DNA of 64,000 nucleotides. Source: Trichosphaerium sp. ATCC 40318 (lineage: Eukaryota; Protista; Tubulinea). The DNA is taken from NCBI GenBank assembly GCA_038496445.1, contig JALMLS010000605.1:1-64000 (forward strand), in the 5' to 3' direction. The notes under the pieces were generated by a model. That model had not been told where the DNA came from. It was given only the letters and a program-made list of their open reading frames with translations, and ran no database searches. Numbering within the stretch: the stretch's first letter is position 1; the number at the start of each line of letters is the position of its first letter. Shown here piece after piece: positions 38,005 to 50,867 of this stretch. The position numbers were made by a program, and so were the translations under genes.

Positions 38005-40031
38005 TTAAACAGCACCCAACGCGTTCATGTCAGACATAAATTTGGCGTAGCTATCTCCAGAGGCAGCAGGTGCTTCCGTTTTTTCTTCGGCAGAGGCAGC
38101 AGGTGCGGCAGGCCTAGCATAAAAGTTATAAAATGGCTCACGTTGCAACCACAAATGTGCGTACTTTGGTCTTGGTTTCAATTTTTTAACAGGTTTTGGC
38201 CTCGCTCGTTTTACGCGTACAGAAACAGGTACCATTGCTGTCACGTCAGCACTAACTGGCCGTGACGGTCCTATTGCAAAGGAGTAAGCGTTGTATTTGC
38301 CAACGGTAATGGACGTACCAACTGAAGGGCGTGTCCGCAGACCAGGATTCGCTGTTGGTATTTGCGTTGGATGAGGCATACCACGCGGTGGCGCCATGCC
38401 ATGTCCAGGTGGCCCATGCTGTGGTGGGGGATACCTATTCATCGATTAGACACGTCTTGTCAAAGTATGGCGTACCCATTGCCAGGTCCGTAGTGAGGTG
38501 GTCTAAAGTGTGGTGGGGGTGGACCTCGTGGACCTCCTTGCATCATGGGTGGTGGCATTTTTGGGTACCCCATCGGTGGCATACCCATGCCCGGTTGCAT
38601 TGGAGGAGCCATGCCTGGGTGTGGCATACGAGGCGGCATGCCTTGGTGAGGAGGACCTCGAGGCATTGGAGGGTGTGATCGCGGCGGAGGAGGTAAACCT
38701 TGAGGGCCAGAGCGCATGTTAGGAGGCATGCCGGGTGGGACCATGCCAGGAGGACGCATTTTAGGCATGTTGTTGGGCGGTAGCTTGCCGTAATTTCTCG
38801 GTGGGGGTGGTAGCCCTGGAGGTGGCGCCATTCCAGGAGGTGGTTGCATGCCGGGTGGCGGCTGCATACCGGGCGGCGGTTGCATACCAGGCGGTGGCTG
38901 CATGCCAGGAGGCGGTGCCATTCCAGGCGGTGGTTGCATGCCAGGAGGTGGTGCCATTCCAGGTGGCGGTTGCATACCAGGTGGTGGCTGCATGCCAGAT
39001 GGCGGTTGCATACCAGGTGGTGGCTGCATGCCAGGTGGTGGAGGTATACCAGGTGGCGGTTGCATACCAGGCCTATGTATTATAGGCGCTGGTGTCTTTG
39101 GAGGTGGAGGCGGCGGAACTTTTTCAGACGAGGCACCAGGCGCAGGACCTGCCGGAGGCGGTGGGGCAATTGAACCTGGAGGAGCACCTGTAAGACAAAT
39201 CAGTGTTAATTGAATATTTTAACAGGCGAGCTTACCAGCTGGAGGAGGAGGTAGTGATGAATTTGGTGGTGCACCAGTGGGAGGTGGTGGCAAACCCTTA
39301 AATAACATTAAGCGAACTTCACAATAATTTATACTTACATTTGGCATTCTATTTGGTCGTGCTGCACCCTGTGGATAGCCACCTAAAAAACATTTAGTAA
39401 TTTTAAATTGGTATGTGTGTATACCTGGAGGTGCAACGTGCATGCCATTGTGCATGACAGGAGGAGGCATGCCTCCTCCACGCTGACGAGGATCACGCTT
39501 TATTTTAATGCCAACCAAAGGATCTCTGGCTCTGATGTTGGCTGACACACGTGGGTTTTTTCGTGCCCTAAAAAGAAATGACTTTTATGAATAAAAGAAA
39601 AAAAGCTGTTAAAATCGCGATCGATAATTTTAACGTTGTTTTAACGATTTTAAGGCGGTTCGTACGATTGGTAATGCTCTGCGAGGTTTGGGTTCGATTC
39701 AAGCTTTGTCAATGCTAATTCTATGGTACGACGCCTATTCCTGCCCTTGTGATCAAGGTTACCATAATTTTCTTGGCGTCTGAGCTCTCCGAGTGCTTTT
39801 TGTAATTCAGTTGGGTCCTTTCGCTCCAATATTTTTGTTCTTAGCTTGTCTCGGTTTCTTTTGTTCTATAGACGCATTAGATATTCATAGTTTTTTAAAA
39901 ATTGTTATTTTCACCCACAGCAATGTTTTATAGCGTATATGTACCTTTTTTAACTCCTTTTTTCTCTGTGCTTTGCGATGCGCATCTGTTGGGTTTAGGT
40001 TACGCCCCGACTTAGTAGTACGTCTCCCCAT
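38005..40031 (-). CDS. WBP11: WW-domain-binding protein 11 (splicing factor)
   Basis: [29 protein letters not shown]-terminus; long Pro-rich centre; C-terminal VPVSVRVKR and [15 protein letters not shown]. Confidence 0.9.
38814..39065 (-). repeat. Coding 18-nt minisatellite, 14 x M(Q/A)PPPG-type units
   Basis: Direct translation of the 38460-39065 ORF. Confidence 0.95.
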
Positions 40032-40126
40032 ACGCTTTTACAGCTCTGGCAGATACGAGATTAAATGAAGGCTGCTTACTGGCGAGGACTGGGCTGCCTT
40101 GATTTGCGGTTTCCGTTTGTACTGAC

Positions 40127-41855
40127 TTAAATCACCAGGAAAAATGTGAACAACACTTCTGCCAATCGCAGCCGGTCAGCTTGGTAACAACTCTTGTTCA
40201 TGCTGTATAATTTGATGTATTTGTCTAATTTACAAGGCAATAAATGGGTTGCCAGGGATTTAGGAGTACCCCATACTGTCATCGGTCTCGGTAAAAAATG
40301 AAGCGTCAAGGCAAAGCTTATCTTGACTACTGACATCGTCATCGCTACATACGTTAAGCAATGAAGGACTGCAAAGAGTTGCCAAACGTACTCATCAAAT
40401 TTGGAGAGGTCCAATCCTGAGTCTGATGATTGCTTGACGACAGTTTTCTAATATCAACGCTTGTCAGATCTGATTAAGACTTGGAAGAATGCCGCACCTC
40501 CTGCTGTGACTCCTGAGATTCTGCAATCCTTCGTCGCTTTTTTTCTATTCTGACGCCGTCCATATAGCATAGAGCCTTGGCTGGTTGGCTTGAACTCTTG
40601 TGTTTGGCATGGTACGCCTTGACTACCCTTCGCTCCTCTCGTTTGCGTTTTCTCCTGTTTTTTCTCTGTATTATTTGCTGCTTTACTTCCGCTCGCTTGT
40701 TCTTTTTTCGCTGTTTTAGAACCCAAGCATGCATCATCTGCTCCGTATTCTTGTACTTTCTGCTAGGCACGCTTTGTTTTCTCCACTCAATTTCGATCTG
40801 TTGTAGCACGTGCTTTATTAGAGCAGGTTTAGCAGTAGACTTGGCTATCCTGCAATTGTCATCTGCATTTCGCGCAATTTGCAAGAGCTGTTGTCTAGTC
40901 AGTTTAGAGAGCTTTGCCTTGGCACTTGAACGACTAGGAGCATCAAGAAAATCACACAATGTCAATGACGGCTTTTGTAGTGACGTCACTTCCAGACTTG
41001 CTTTTGGACTGTCTGCCATTTTTAAGGATAGTTTTTGTAGTGATAGCTCTTCTTTGGGTTCTGGTTCGGATTGCTCTATTTCTGATTCTATTCCAAGACT
41101 TTCATCCGTGCTGTTATCAACGTTAGAGTCTGTGTAACTTTCGAGAGACGATTCTTGTTCTTCCTTGGACTCAGAATACAGCTCATCATCTTCATCCTGC
41201 ACATCAACATCAATATCAACAACACTATTTCCCCATTCATCATCGTCATCATAGTCATCAGCTACAGTATAATGCTGATTTATAATCAAGTCTTCGTCGC
41301 TGTCATGAAAATATTCGGCCAGTTTCTCAAATACTGTAAGCAACCACCAGCGTACGTAATTTAAAACGTACCTCGTCATAGTCTATGATTTTGATAACCG
41401 TTTGTCTGGGTCTATCGGACTTGGGACGCAATTTTACAGGTGCTGGCACTACTTTTCTCTTCGTAGGGCTTTTCTTATTAACACGAGGTTTCTTCTTGGC
41501 CGCCACACGTTTCTTCACAGGTGACTTTCTCTTCGGTTTCTTTACAGGTTGTTTCCTACATCATAAATGACGGGCGTCACTTGAAAGCTTCGTACTTGGG
41601 AGATCGAGCTACTTTTGTCGAAGCTTTAACCACTTTGGGCGATTCCTCTCGCTTTTTGGCCATCCAAGTAGGTAATACGCGTCGCGTTGGTTTTGGAGCT
41701 GATTTTAGTCAGATGTTTTTAAATATTTATCCGTTAAAACTGTCAATGGTACCTGGTGAAACCATTGGTTCGTAGAAGTCTGGCGAATACTCTAACAGTG
41801 CGTCCTGAGTTCCAACTGAACCAGTTCCAATCGTTGGTGGTACTTCGTACGCCAT
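40127..41855 (-). CDS. Orphan nuclear protein with Ku-binding-like motif, acidic tract, SAP-like motif and basic regions (3' end uncertain)
   Basis: Spliced N-terminus contains KPTRRVLPTWMAKK. The 301-aa ORF has a D/E-rich tract and LSKLTRQQLLQIAR..TAKPALIKHV. Confidence 0.6.
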
Positions 41856-42035
41856 ACGCTTCTACTGAGTAATAGCTACGTTCTTGAGCGGTATTAGTTA
41901 AAGCCAATGTATTATTGCTGTGTAACAGTCACAACGCTACAGCACGCCTGATGTCGAGCATATCGCTGTTGTACGACCGTGCGCGTGTTTTGTAGTTTTA
42001 AAGAGGTGGCTTAAAGTCAAATTCAAACCAACGAC

Positions 42036-44538
42036 ATGGAGGACACAGCTGAACTGATAGAAGAAAAAGCCAAGTATTTGAAGAACATCACGCAACTTTT
42101 ACAGGATGGAGAAGGAGGTAGTACATTTTTCCCAGGTTTAATGTAATAATTTCTCAGATGCACAACTATTGGTTACAAACGCCATGAAAGAATTAAAGGA
42201 GCACGTATACCCAATATCAGACGAAATAGTTGGCAGTAAAAACGTAGAGGCGTTTATACGCTGCTTGCCGACAGCAGGTGCGCTACTCCATTAATATGTG
42301 CCATAATATCGCATTAACATCATGTCAGAACATGCAGAAGAACTACTTGGCGCAATGATCTCTCCTGACGCCCCACGCGCAGAAGTAGTACTTACCCACC
42401 CATACTACACGCGTGTTTTAGAAACTTTATTGTCGGTATGCATCAATGACAGTTGACACTGTTAACAACAGACGCTTACACCGCGTTTGCGTTCACGAAA
42501 AAAAATGCTGAGGGCTGACAGTGACATCTAGGTCATTGAACAGTTCGGTACAATTTCATGTGCTCCATTGTACGAATGGGTGACTGCCATCGATGGCTAT
42601 GAATGGGCTAATACACTGTGTTGCAATCGCAATGCGTCATGTACAATAAGGACGATCATTACTGTTGCAGGTGTACGTCAATTACAAATAGCTTTATTTT
42701 TTTTGTTTTGTGGTTTAAACACATTCTCATCATTTTTGGTAGCACATGGAAGAAAGCGAGCAAATTATATCTTGTCTTTGTAAGATTCATTATTCAACCC
42801 TTGGTTTTTTTTGACATATGTCAGAGATTGTAGATTTATTAGCTCATTATTTCTTAGGTAAGATTGCTGATGCTGTCATGCAAAACCCAGTTGAGCTTGT
42901 ACAAAATCAGGCAGCTTCCCCACTGATAAAAGCAATCTTTGAATACCTACCAGATGTACGGTTGCATAAATGTGTTTGTTTATTTCCCTAATGTAACCGA
43001 TTTAGTACAAAGCAGCAGAGTTGGCAGAGGTCATATTCGAAAATGTTCGATTCACAATTGATAGCCAGAATAGAGTGACAAGTCACGTCATCCAAGTTGC
43101 ACTTGATGTAAGTCTTTGCAAACAATAATGTTTTGTTTGTTCTTATATATTCAATCAGCACATTTCTGAAGACACAGTGTGGTCCGTTGTGACTGATAAT
43201 CGGTTCAAGTCAAACGCTGGGAAACTTGCAGTCAACCCTTGTGGTACACACGTACTCAAGGCTTTGTTGAGGCGTTGTGATGGTCCAGATTTGTTAAAAG
43301 CGCTGTTTAACGCCTTGAAGAAGACTTGGCTACAAATCTTCGATGTGCGTCGCACTTAGGTTTTGAATTGTTTGAATGTATTGACACCAAGAAAATAGGA
43401 GAGATGTTATTCAATTGTATATTTAGTTATTGAGGCTTGTTTTACTCTTCAAGTCTTTCAAGAAGTACGTGCCATACTCTCACTTATGTGGTATTGATCG
43501 TCTAATACTTGTGTAGGAGGCAGTGACGCTACTGTTTGAGGTTGTAGCAGAATGCAGCAAAAAATTTGAACGTACAGATAAATACACACGCTTCATCAAA
43601 CGACTTTTCCTTCTGCCAGCCAAGGTACTATTAATCCTTTTTCAGTGTTGATATCTACACTGTCTTTTAATGATGCTTACATATCTGTAGCCACGGAACA
43701 GACGTAATAGACACCGCGAGGAGGGTCACCAGCGTGAATGGCCAGCACCTGATGGTTCCAAAATGTTACAGTTGCTTTTTAAACATAAATACAAGGAGCG
43801 CAATAATGTTAACAAAGCGTACGCTTTTTAGTGACATCCTACATGTGCTAATGGTGAGATCTTAGATTTGCAGATTTGCCTTCTGCATTCCTAGAAGTGG
43901 AAGCTAAGACTAGATTTAACAGTTTGGCTATCGACGGCTTTCTCAAGTCATTCCTCGTCGACAAGGAGCACAAGAAAAAACTTATTGATAGCCTCCTCAA
44001 AGCAGATTTATTTGGTATCGCTTGTGACCAATCTGGATCTCACGTTGTAGAAGAAGCATGGACAAACGCTGATGAAAATCAACGCGTACGTTTTGTGTTT
44101 GATTGTTATTCTCATATTGCTTACCAAGTCCTCTAGGGCACAATCACTAAAATACTAGGTGGGAGATATAACGCTCTAGTCAACTCTTACTATGGTCGAC
44201 CTGTTGCAGACAAATGCGGATTGAATGGACCTCCTCAACACCAGGTTTCAAAGCGATACTCCTCTTTCACACGTGGTGAAGGTGGCCGTGGTGGCCGTGA
44301 ACGCCATGACAACCGGCAACAGCACAAATGGCAGCACCAAGAGAGGCAAGAGAGGTCCGAGCAGTCAGAAAACTACAACAACAACAAAAACTACAAACGA
44401 AAACGCAATGACAACAACGATCATTACAGTCAACAAACGCACAAAAAGAAACAATTCAAAGGAAAGAAACAATCAGGCCCACCTAGCCGTAAAAGCCAGA
44501 AACCAAAGGATGCAATTGACGAGATTTTCGGCTTTTAG
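42036..44538 (+). CDS. NOP9: Pumilio-repeat nucleolar protein NOP9-like
   Basis: Degenerate PUF repeats: TRVLETLL, ASCTIRTI, ASPLIKAI, TSHVIQVA, CGTHVLKALL, ACDQSGSHVVEEAW, NSYYGRPV. Basic tail ends DAIDEIF. Confidence 0.7.
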
Positions 44539-44709
44539 AAAACAAAGAGAACGTTGTCTTCGTTTAAAACATCTGTACATAAGAATAAACACGTTCCTAC
44601 ACCATCTAGCTAGTGAAGTTGCGCCACCTCATTTCTCCTCGGCACGTGCCACGTGCTAACAATATCATTTTGCGTTCAGTGAACAAGTGTGATCATATTT
44701 ACAACGGGT

Positions 44710-46954
44710 TTATTGCCTGATGTCCATAGGCGGTAATTTAGGTTCCCGGGCTTGTGGTTTGCGCCCGGATTGTTTTGTTTTGGTCTGTATAAGTCTGATA
44801 AATTGAATAAAAGACTCGATCGTGAAGGCATGTGGTATGTGCAACTCTTTGAGCTCTGAAACAAACCTGTAATGTTTACCCAACACCACAGTTAATTTTG
44901 ATAAGTTTATAATCTTGCGTATTGATTTGGCGTGGCTTGCCAAGTTTTGTATGGCCTCAAGTTGCTTCAATTTGTGCCCAAAAATTTCGGAACCAAAAGC
45001 CACAGCAGAAGCCTTGACATTTGTTAGTCATAACAACATTAACGTGTACGCTATTACTTACCCCAATAGCTGCAGCAGTGTTTGTCGTTAGTCGAAATAT
45101 AGCTGTCCTATAATCAGGATTGTCTGTGTTCATTGCATTAAAAAGAGCAAAGTTTTTTTCGTTTGTGTCCATGAATCTAATAAGGTCCTCGCTTGAAATA
45201 TTCTCACACAAAGCTAGTGCACCTAATGTTCAACGTGAATAAATACAACACTACGGGCTTCTTGTTCGTACCCTTTCTGACGTCAAAGTGACATGGCATA
45301 TTGGCACCATCGATAAATAGTGTAATACCCTTGACGAGGAGATTTAGTGATTTGTAGGATAGTAACGAAATAAAAGGTATGATGAGCTTACTCCCAGTTT
45401 GTATTTTTTGAGTTGATCCTTCATAATGTCCATTCGTTCAAGTAGTTTTAAATAAGACACAGCTTCACCAAGTGGAACAACTTCATGAAGACCAAGATAG
45501 TTAAGTAATTGTGTAACGTAGTATTCTAGACTTCTTGTTCGCTTTCTTAGTTCCTCTCTATCTTTTCTCTATCAAACCACGATCATAGTTAGTACACAGT
45601 TTTGAGGCAAATTCAAAAACATGATGAATGCATGCTGGAATAATCAAACACAAATTGACTTACCACTGTTTCTCCTCCAACGTCCAAATACCGTTTTAAC
45701 TCCTTATCCTACACAATATATTAGATGAAAATGAGGATATGGTCTGTTCCCATTTGGTTGCAGCAAGTGACGTACAGTAAATGTGATTGGAATGACGAAT
45801 GATCCTTTGGCTTTATCACCATCTGGCCATGTATGCGAAGGTGCAATCAATACTGGTATGTTTTCAGCCCACTTTGGCCATCCATATTTATCAACGAATT
45901 CACGCATGGCTTTCGTAACTTTAGCTTTTTCATGTCCTGTAAGAATTGATGGCAAAATAAGGTTCCTGTGATCGAAGTGATCTGGCGGTATTTCTCGGTC
46001 ATTTATATCACGATAACTCTCCCAAAGTACAGACTGCGTCGTTGATCTTTTTAGCATCTCCGACATGATGTCAAGGGTTGTATTGTGTTTGCCTGTGGCT
46101 GTGTCCGGTTTGAAAGATCTGCGTCGCCTTGTCTCTTCCTGGCTAATCTATACCATCTAGCTTAGAATCCGGGGGTAGCAATGCGTCTGTAAGACAACAT
46201 ACCTCTGGTTTAAGATACTCTGGAATCTCAGGTGGAGTGATGTCAGCCTGACGAAGCAGCATTGAGAAAAACATGTAGGCATCCAACTCTAAATTTTTTA
46301 CAGGGTGTGGGGCTGTGAAACAAAATGGTAAGTACTGGGTGTGACACATGTCAAAATGTCAAACTTAAAATTTTGAGTATATGTCTGGGAAGGTGTGACG
46401 TACAGTCATAGTACTTTTGTGGGAACTTGTATGACGCTGTGATTTTTTTATACATTTCATCGCCTGAGCTTCTTACATTGCGTACAAAGAACTTGACAGC
46501 GAATTCTTTCACTTTTTCAGCTGGATTCAGCTGTAATAAACGAATAAGTTTCAAAATGTAACAAATACGCGTATTTCTGATCCTCATGTACCTTGAAAGT
46601 ACCTCCACTGCCCTGGGCGCCAGTTCCTTTGACATGGCGTTCAAGATGTGTAATAAATGAGTTCAACTCCTTCAACGAATCCTCGTTGGTCTTTTGTGCA
46701 GGAGGATCTGATTGGAAAAAATCTGGATGCACTTTCAACAGCAAACTCGTTAAACCCTTTCTAATTTTCGATTCTGATGATGCTGAGCTCTATTTTGCGA
46801 TAAATACGCGTAATAAATGCGTAATACGCACTTCTTCGTTTGCTTTGGGTTGAGCTGCGTAATTGCGCGCTTGAGCTACTCTGCGACGCGTAGACGCATT
46901 AGAAAATAGGGTACCGCGACTGTGGCGGTAGTAACACCTAGCAAGCGTTGTCAT
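44710..46954 (-). CDS. TCAIM-like mitochondrial protein (DUF4460/DUF4461)
   Basis: Arg-rich presequence, then LLLKVHPDFFQSDPPAQKTNEDSLKELNS (DUF4460 J-like HPD motif); GSFVIP motif later. Confidence 0.75.
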
Positions 46955-47292
46955 TGCAGGCTGACACTAGAACGGCACCAATGCAGTACTTATAGCGCGC
47001 ATACAGATAAAATCGACATGTACGCAATCAAAGTCTGTACGAGTCAAAAACTTTTCGCTGTTATATTTTTTTGGTTGCATGCACTAAACCACATTTATGT
47101 TACAACACAATGCTACGCGCACTTTCACCTCTCTCAATAAGTAGAAACACCCTTAAACATCACTATGGAAGTAAAACAACCCACAGCGCTAGTAGCGACC
47201 GCTGTCCGATTAGGAAAAAGTACCGCGGAAGTAATGTGAATTCTACACTTTTTGTAAAATCATTCTCCACCAAAAACCCCACTCAACAACAA

Positions 47293-48172
47293 ATGGCAAC
47301 AAAAGAAGTAGACATCAATATTGTATCCGACACAGTGTGCCCATGGTACGTATGACACTCTTGTGAAAATTTTTGCTTATTGTTGGTTTTTAAAGGTGTT
47401 TTGTTGGAAAGCGGAGACTAGAGGCTGCGATGAAGGATTTGGGAGATGATTACAAGTTTAACAGTAAGAGTTAACAGCCACAACTTGCAATTTACGTTTT
47501 ATGTAGTTACATGGCGTCCATTCTTCCTAAACAGTAACGTCGAAGCAGAAGGTATGTTGTCATGTCATTTTTGAAAACTAACTGTTGTTGCAGGTATAGT
47601 GGGCCAGAAAATAATACCTTACCTCTTAAAAAAGTACGGGGAGCGTGCGATGCCAATGGTAGAGAGTTTGAATCATATTGGAGCCCAGAATGGAATTAAA
47701 TTTGACAACGAACGCACAGTTGTGCCAACATTGATGTCTCATCGCCTCATCATGCACTCACAAAAGGTAAAATGCTATTTGATGACATGTTAGATCTTAC
47801 TCTGTCCTCAGTACGACAAGCAAAACGCCATCGTTGAAGCTCTTTTTTCTGCCTATTTCGAGCATGGCAAGAACATCAATGACGTTGACGTGCTTTCTAC
47901 TATTGCCAAATCAGCTGGCATGCCTGATGTCGCAGCCTTCCTTAAGACAGATGAGCTAGCAAGCAAAGTAAAAGAAGAAGAGCAAGAACACCGCTACAAG
48001 TACAGAATCTCTGGTGTGCCAACTTTCGTCATTTCACATGGTGATAAAAAGTACGTGACATTTTCTGTTTCTAAAAGGTGACACTTTCGATACAAACTTA
48101 TTTTGTTGTAGGGTAGTATTATCCGGAGCACAAGATCCAGCAACACTCAAAAGAGCATTTGAAAGCCTGTAG
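47293..48172 (+). CDS. DsbA family FrnE-type oxidoreductase
   Basis: INIVSDTVCPW|CFVGKRRL; WRPFFLN; SHRLI; LFSAYFEHGKNI; ISGVPTFVI; LSGAQDP. Confidence 0.9.
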
Positions 48173-48360
48173 TTGTATTTGTAGTCACTGCGAAGATGAA
48201 ATAATAAAAATATTACCTTTTTGAAGTACTTATTTCGGAATCAATACATGCTAGTTAGACAGACATTTATTTTGATCGGCAGTTCAGTCGCGATCTTTTT
48301 GATTAAGTCTCGGAGAATTTTTTTGTCTTTTATAACGTAAACACCGACTCAGTTACTAAA

Positions 48361-49989
48361 ATGGCTCAACCAATTCACGCATCTACTTCAAACGTATGCG
48401 CCTCTCTACATATACTCAACGCGTTTTCTCGTTTTTTCGTTTCTAATCTATCGCGTAGAAAACCTTCGACGCTGTATGGGAAGCAAAGGAGTTGCGCAAT
48501 GCCATGAAAGGCTTGGGTACCAGAGAAACCAATCTCTCCAATGTTTGGATTGGTAAGGACGCTTTCAAACGTGAAAAGATCATCAAGGTGCGTACGTTAT
48601 GTTAGTACCACGCTAACTTTTTATCAGGCGTACAAAAAGTGTTTCCCAGAGCGCGACCTCATCAAAGACATCAAAAGTAAGTGCTTTATAAACTCCGATA
48701 GCCGTTTTAACCAACTTGTAGAGGAAACCAGCGGCGACTACGAGACCATACTCTGCGCCCTTGGTACACTTATTGTGGGGGTTACAACCACTAATTACGT
48801 TATAGCAACTCCAATCTGGGAATACAAGGCAACATACTTGCATGACGCCATGAACGGTGTTGGTACCAAGGTAAGGCCCGATAATTTTTTGTGCCTTACG
48901 TTGATTATCTTTTTGCTAAAACGGTAAATAGGAAAAAGCTCTCATTGACGTTCTAGCTTACTCCACCAACATTGAGCTCAGAAGGATCAAAGAAGAATAC
49001 GCACGCGTATTCTCAGGACAACCTGTCCTCCCAAAGGGCGATAAGCCAAAGGAAGGAGTGCGTAGAAGTTGCTATTTATTTTGTTCTTCAAATCATATTA
49101 TTTTACTAACCTTTGCTTTGTAAAGACTGTTGCACCACAACCAGAGCATAACAACGCAAACCAACTCGAAATTGATATTCGTAAAGATACCTCCCACAAC
49201 TTCGAGAAGTGCTTGATCGAGCTCTGCAGGGTACAACACTAGGGTCATATAATCATGCTCATGTTTCTATTTCAAGGCCACCAGGAACGAGAAAACCGCA
49301 GTTGACCCTGCCGCTGCTGCCCATGATGCCGATATGATCTACAAGAAGGGAGAAGGAAGATTCGGAACTAACGACAAATTCTTCATCCAGTGTACGTTTA
49401 TTTCCACTCTACGCGAAGAAAACAACGACAATCCTTGTGCTCACTGCGCATAGTGATGACAACACGTTCAAGAGAGCACTTGGCTGCTGTTTCAGATGCA
49501 TACAAGGCCAAGCACGGTCATGACTTGATCACTGCCATCAAAAAGGAGACATCTGGTTACTACAAGAAGCTTCTTGTTGCTTTGTGTACGTGCACTCTAC
49601 GCGCTCATTTGACCCAGCCACCTCACGCTAACAATGTACTTCTTGTAGGCACTACCCACGCTGAATACTTTGCCCACCGTCTTCATGACGCCATTGACCG
49701 CCTCGGCACTGACGACTCTGGTACATTTACCGTTTATTCGTCATATATACTCAACTAACACTTATCGCAGCACTCATTTTCTCTGTTGTTTCTCACGACC
49801 CTGCACAAAGAGAAGCTATTGACGCCAAATATTTGGAATTGTTCAAAAAGCCTCTTCCTCAAGCTGTAAAGGATGACACTTCTGGTACCATTAATATTAT
49901 CTTGCAATGTGGCGGCTAACACGTAGCTAGGCGACTACGGACGATTGTGCTACGCTTTGATGACTGGTGACCTCATCACCAAAAAGTAG
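48361..49989 (+). CDS. Annexin
   Basis: Four repeats: LRNAMKGLGT, ETSGDYE, LHDAMNGVGT, GEGRFGTND, IKKETSGYYKKLLVAL, LHDAIDRLGTDD, DDTSGDY. Confidence 0.95.
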
Positions 49990-50414
49990 ACTACATACAT
50001 GAGAACTATCTTTGTTTTAAAAAACACGATAATAAATTTTGTGTGGCATCATTTGTACTCAGTATAATGTCCAACTTGAGATTAACTGCTCACAATCATT
50101 TTACTATTGACGCCATGCGCAGACTACAGAAGGAAATGAAAGTTTAAGGTCAAAGTCCTTCACTGTCAATTTTCATCATGATGGCAAACTATCCTCCCAT
50201 CAACCATACACCAGCATTGGCACCACTTCCACCTCCAGCATTACGCAATTAAAAAAAATTTCCTAATTAATTGTTCTCAATTGATTAACGAACAGGGTTT
50301 TTTATTTTCTTACTTAAATTCTGCTTAGCAAAACTGAGTTGCGCAAGGCGTCACCACCCTTTTTACGAAGAACAGAGGAAAGAGAATCAACATCAAAATA
50401 AAGGCTACAGAGCT

Positions 50415-50803
50415 ATGGTCGACAAAATGATTGAGGACTATTCTGGGTCCATTTACCAAGATCAGTGGCAACGGTATCGTTTATGTGCTCCACTTTGATA
50501 AAGACCGGTCAAGACGGGATTTTTGCATTGATAGAACGGCACTCGGCGGTGGCCTAAAAATTGTTAAGAAGAGATTGGCAAAGCGCTGGAACGGCACGTG
50601 GCGCTATAAAACTGATTTCAGCGCTACCATTAGTCCACGAAGTTTCAGGTATAATTACTAGCGTGCCTTTTAACCTACTAACAGTTTTTCGTAGTAATAC
50701 CCTCGGCTATAGGATTACGCCATCTAGAATACCTGTGTTTGTACGCTTATCCGACTACAACGCAGGTAGGTTCAAGCCAGAAAACCTCAGAAGTTTAAAA
50801 TAG
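50415..50803 (+). CDS. Small basic orphan protein (three predicted exons)
   Basis: ATG at 50415; GT-AG introns join MVDKMIEDYSGSIYQDQWQR|TALGGGLKIVKKRLAKRW..|NTLGYRITP..LRSLK*. No recognisable motif. Confidence 0.4.
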
Positions 50804-50867
50804 ACCAGAAGTTGACTTTTTTTGGTGTTTGAAAGTTTTTATCAGCTACTTTATTTCATACCTTCCA

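Noticed and set aside
38801-39213. Gly/Cys-, Trp/Arg- and Val/Ala-repeat ORFs on the plus strand; also considered as a CRISPR-like array
   Set aside because: These are antisense frames of the WBP11 proline repeat. The units are contiguous with no spacers.
39691-39700. GGTTCGATTC tRNA T-loop/B-box-like motif
   Set aside because: It lies in a WBP11 coding exon (antisense) and has no cloverleaf.
40577-41137. 186-aa hydrophobic plus-strand ORF (and similar ones at 14965, 34458, 53304, 54130)
   Set aside because: These are antisense shadows of Lys/Arg/Glu-rich exons.
45735-45746. ATATCCT on the minus strand as a possible AT-AC U12 donor
   Set aside because: It is internal to an ordinary GTACGT..TAG intron that already restores the reading frame.
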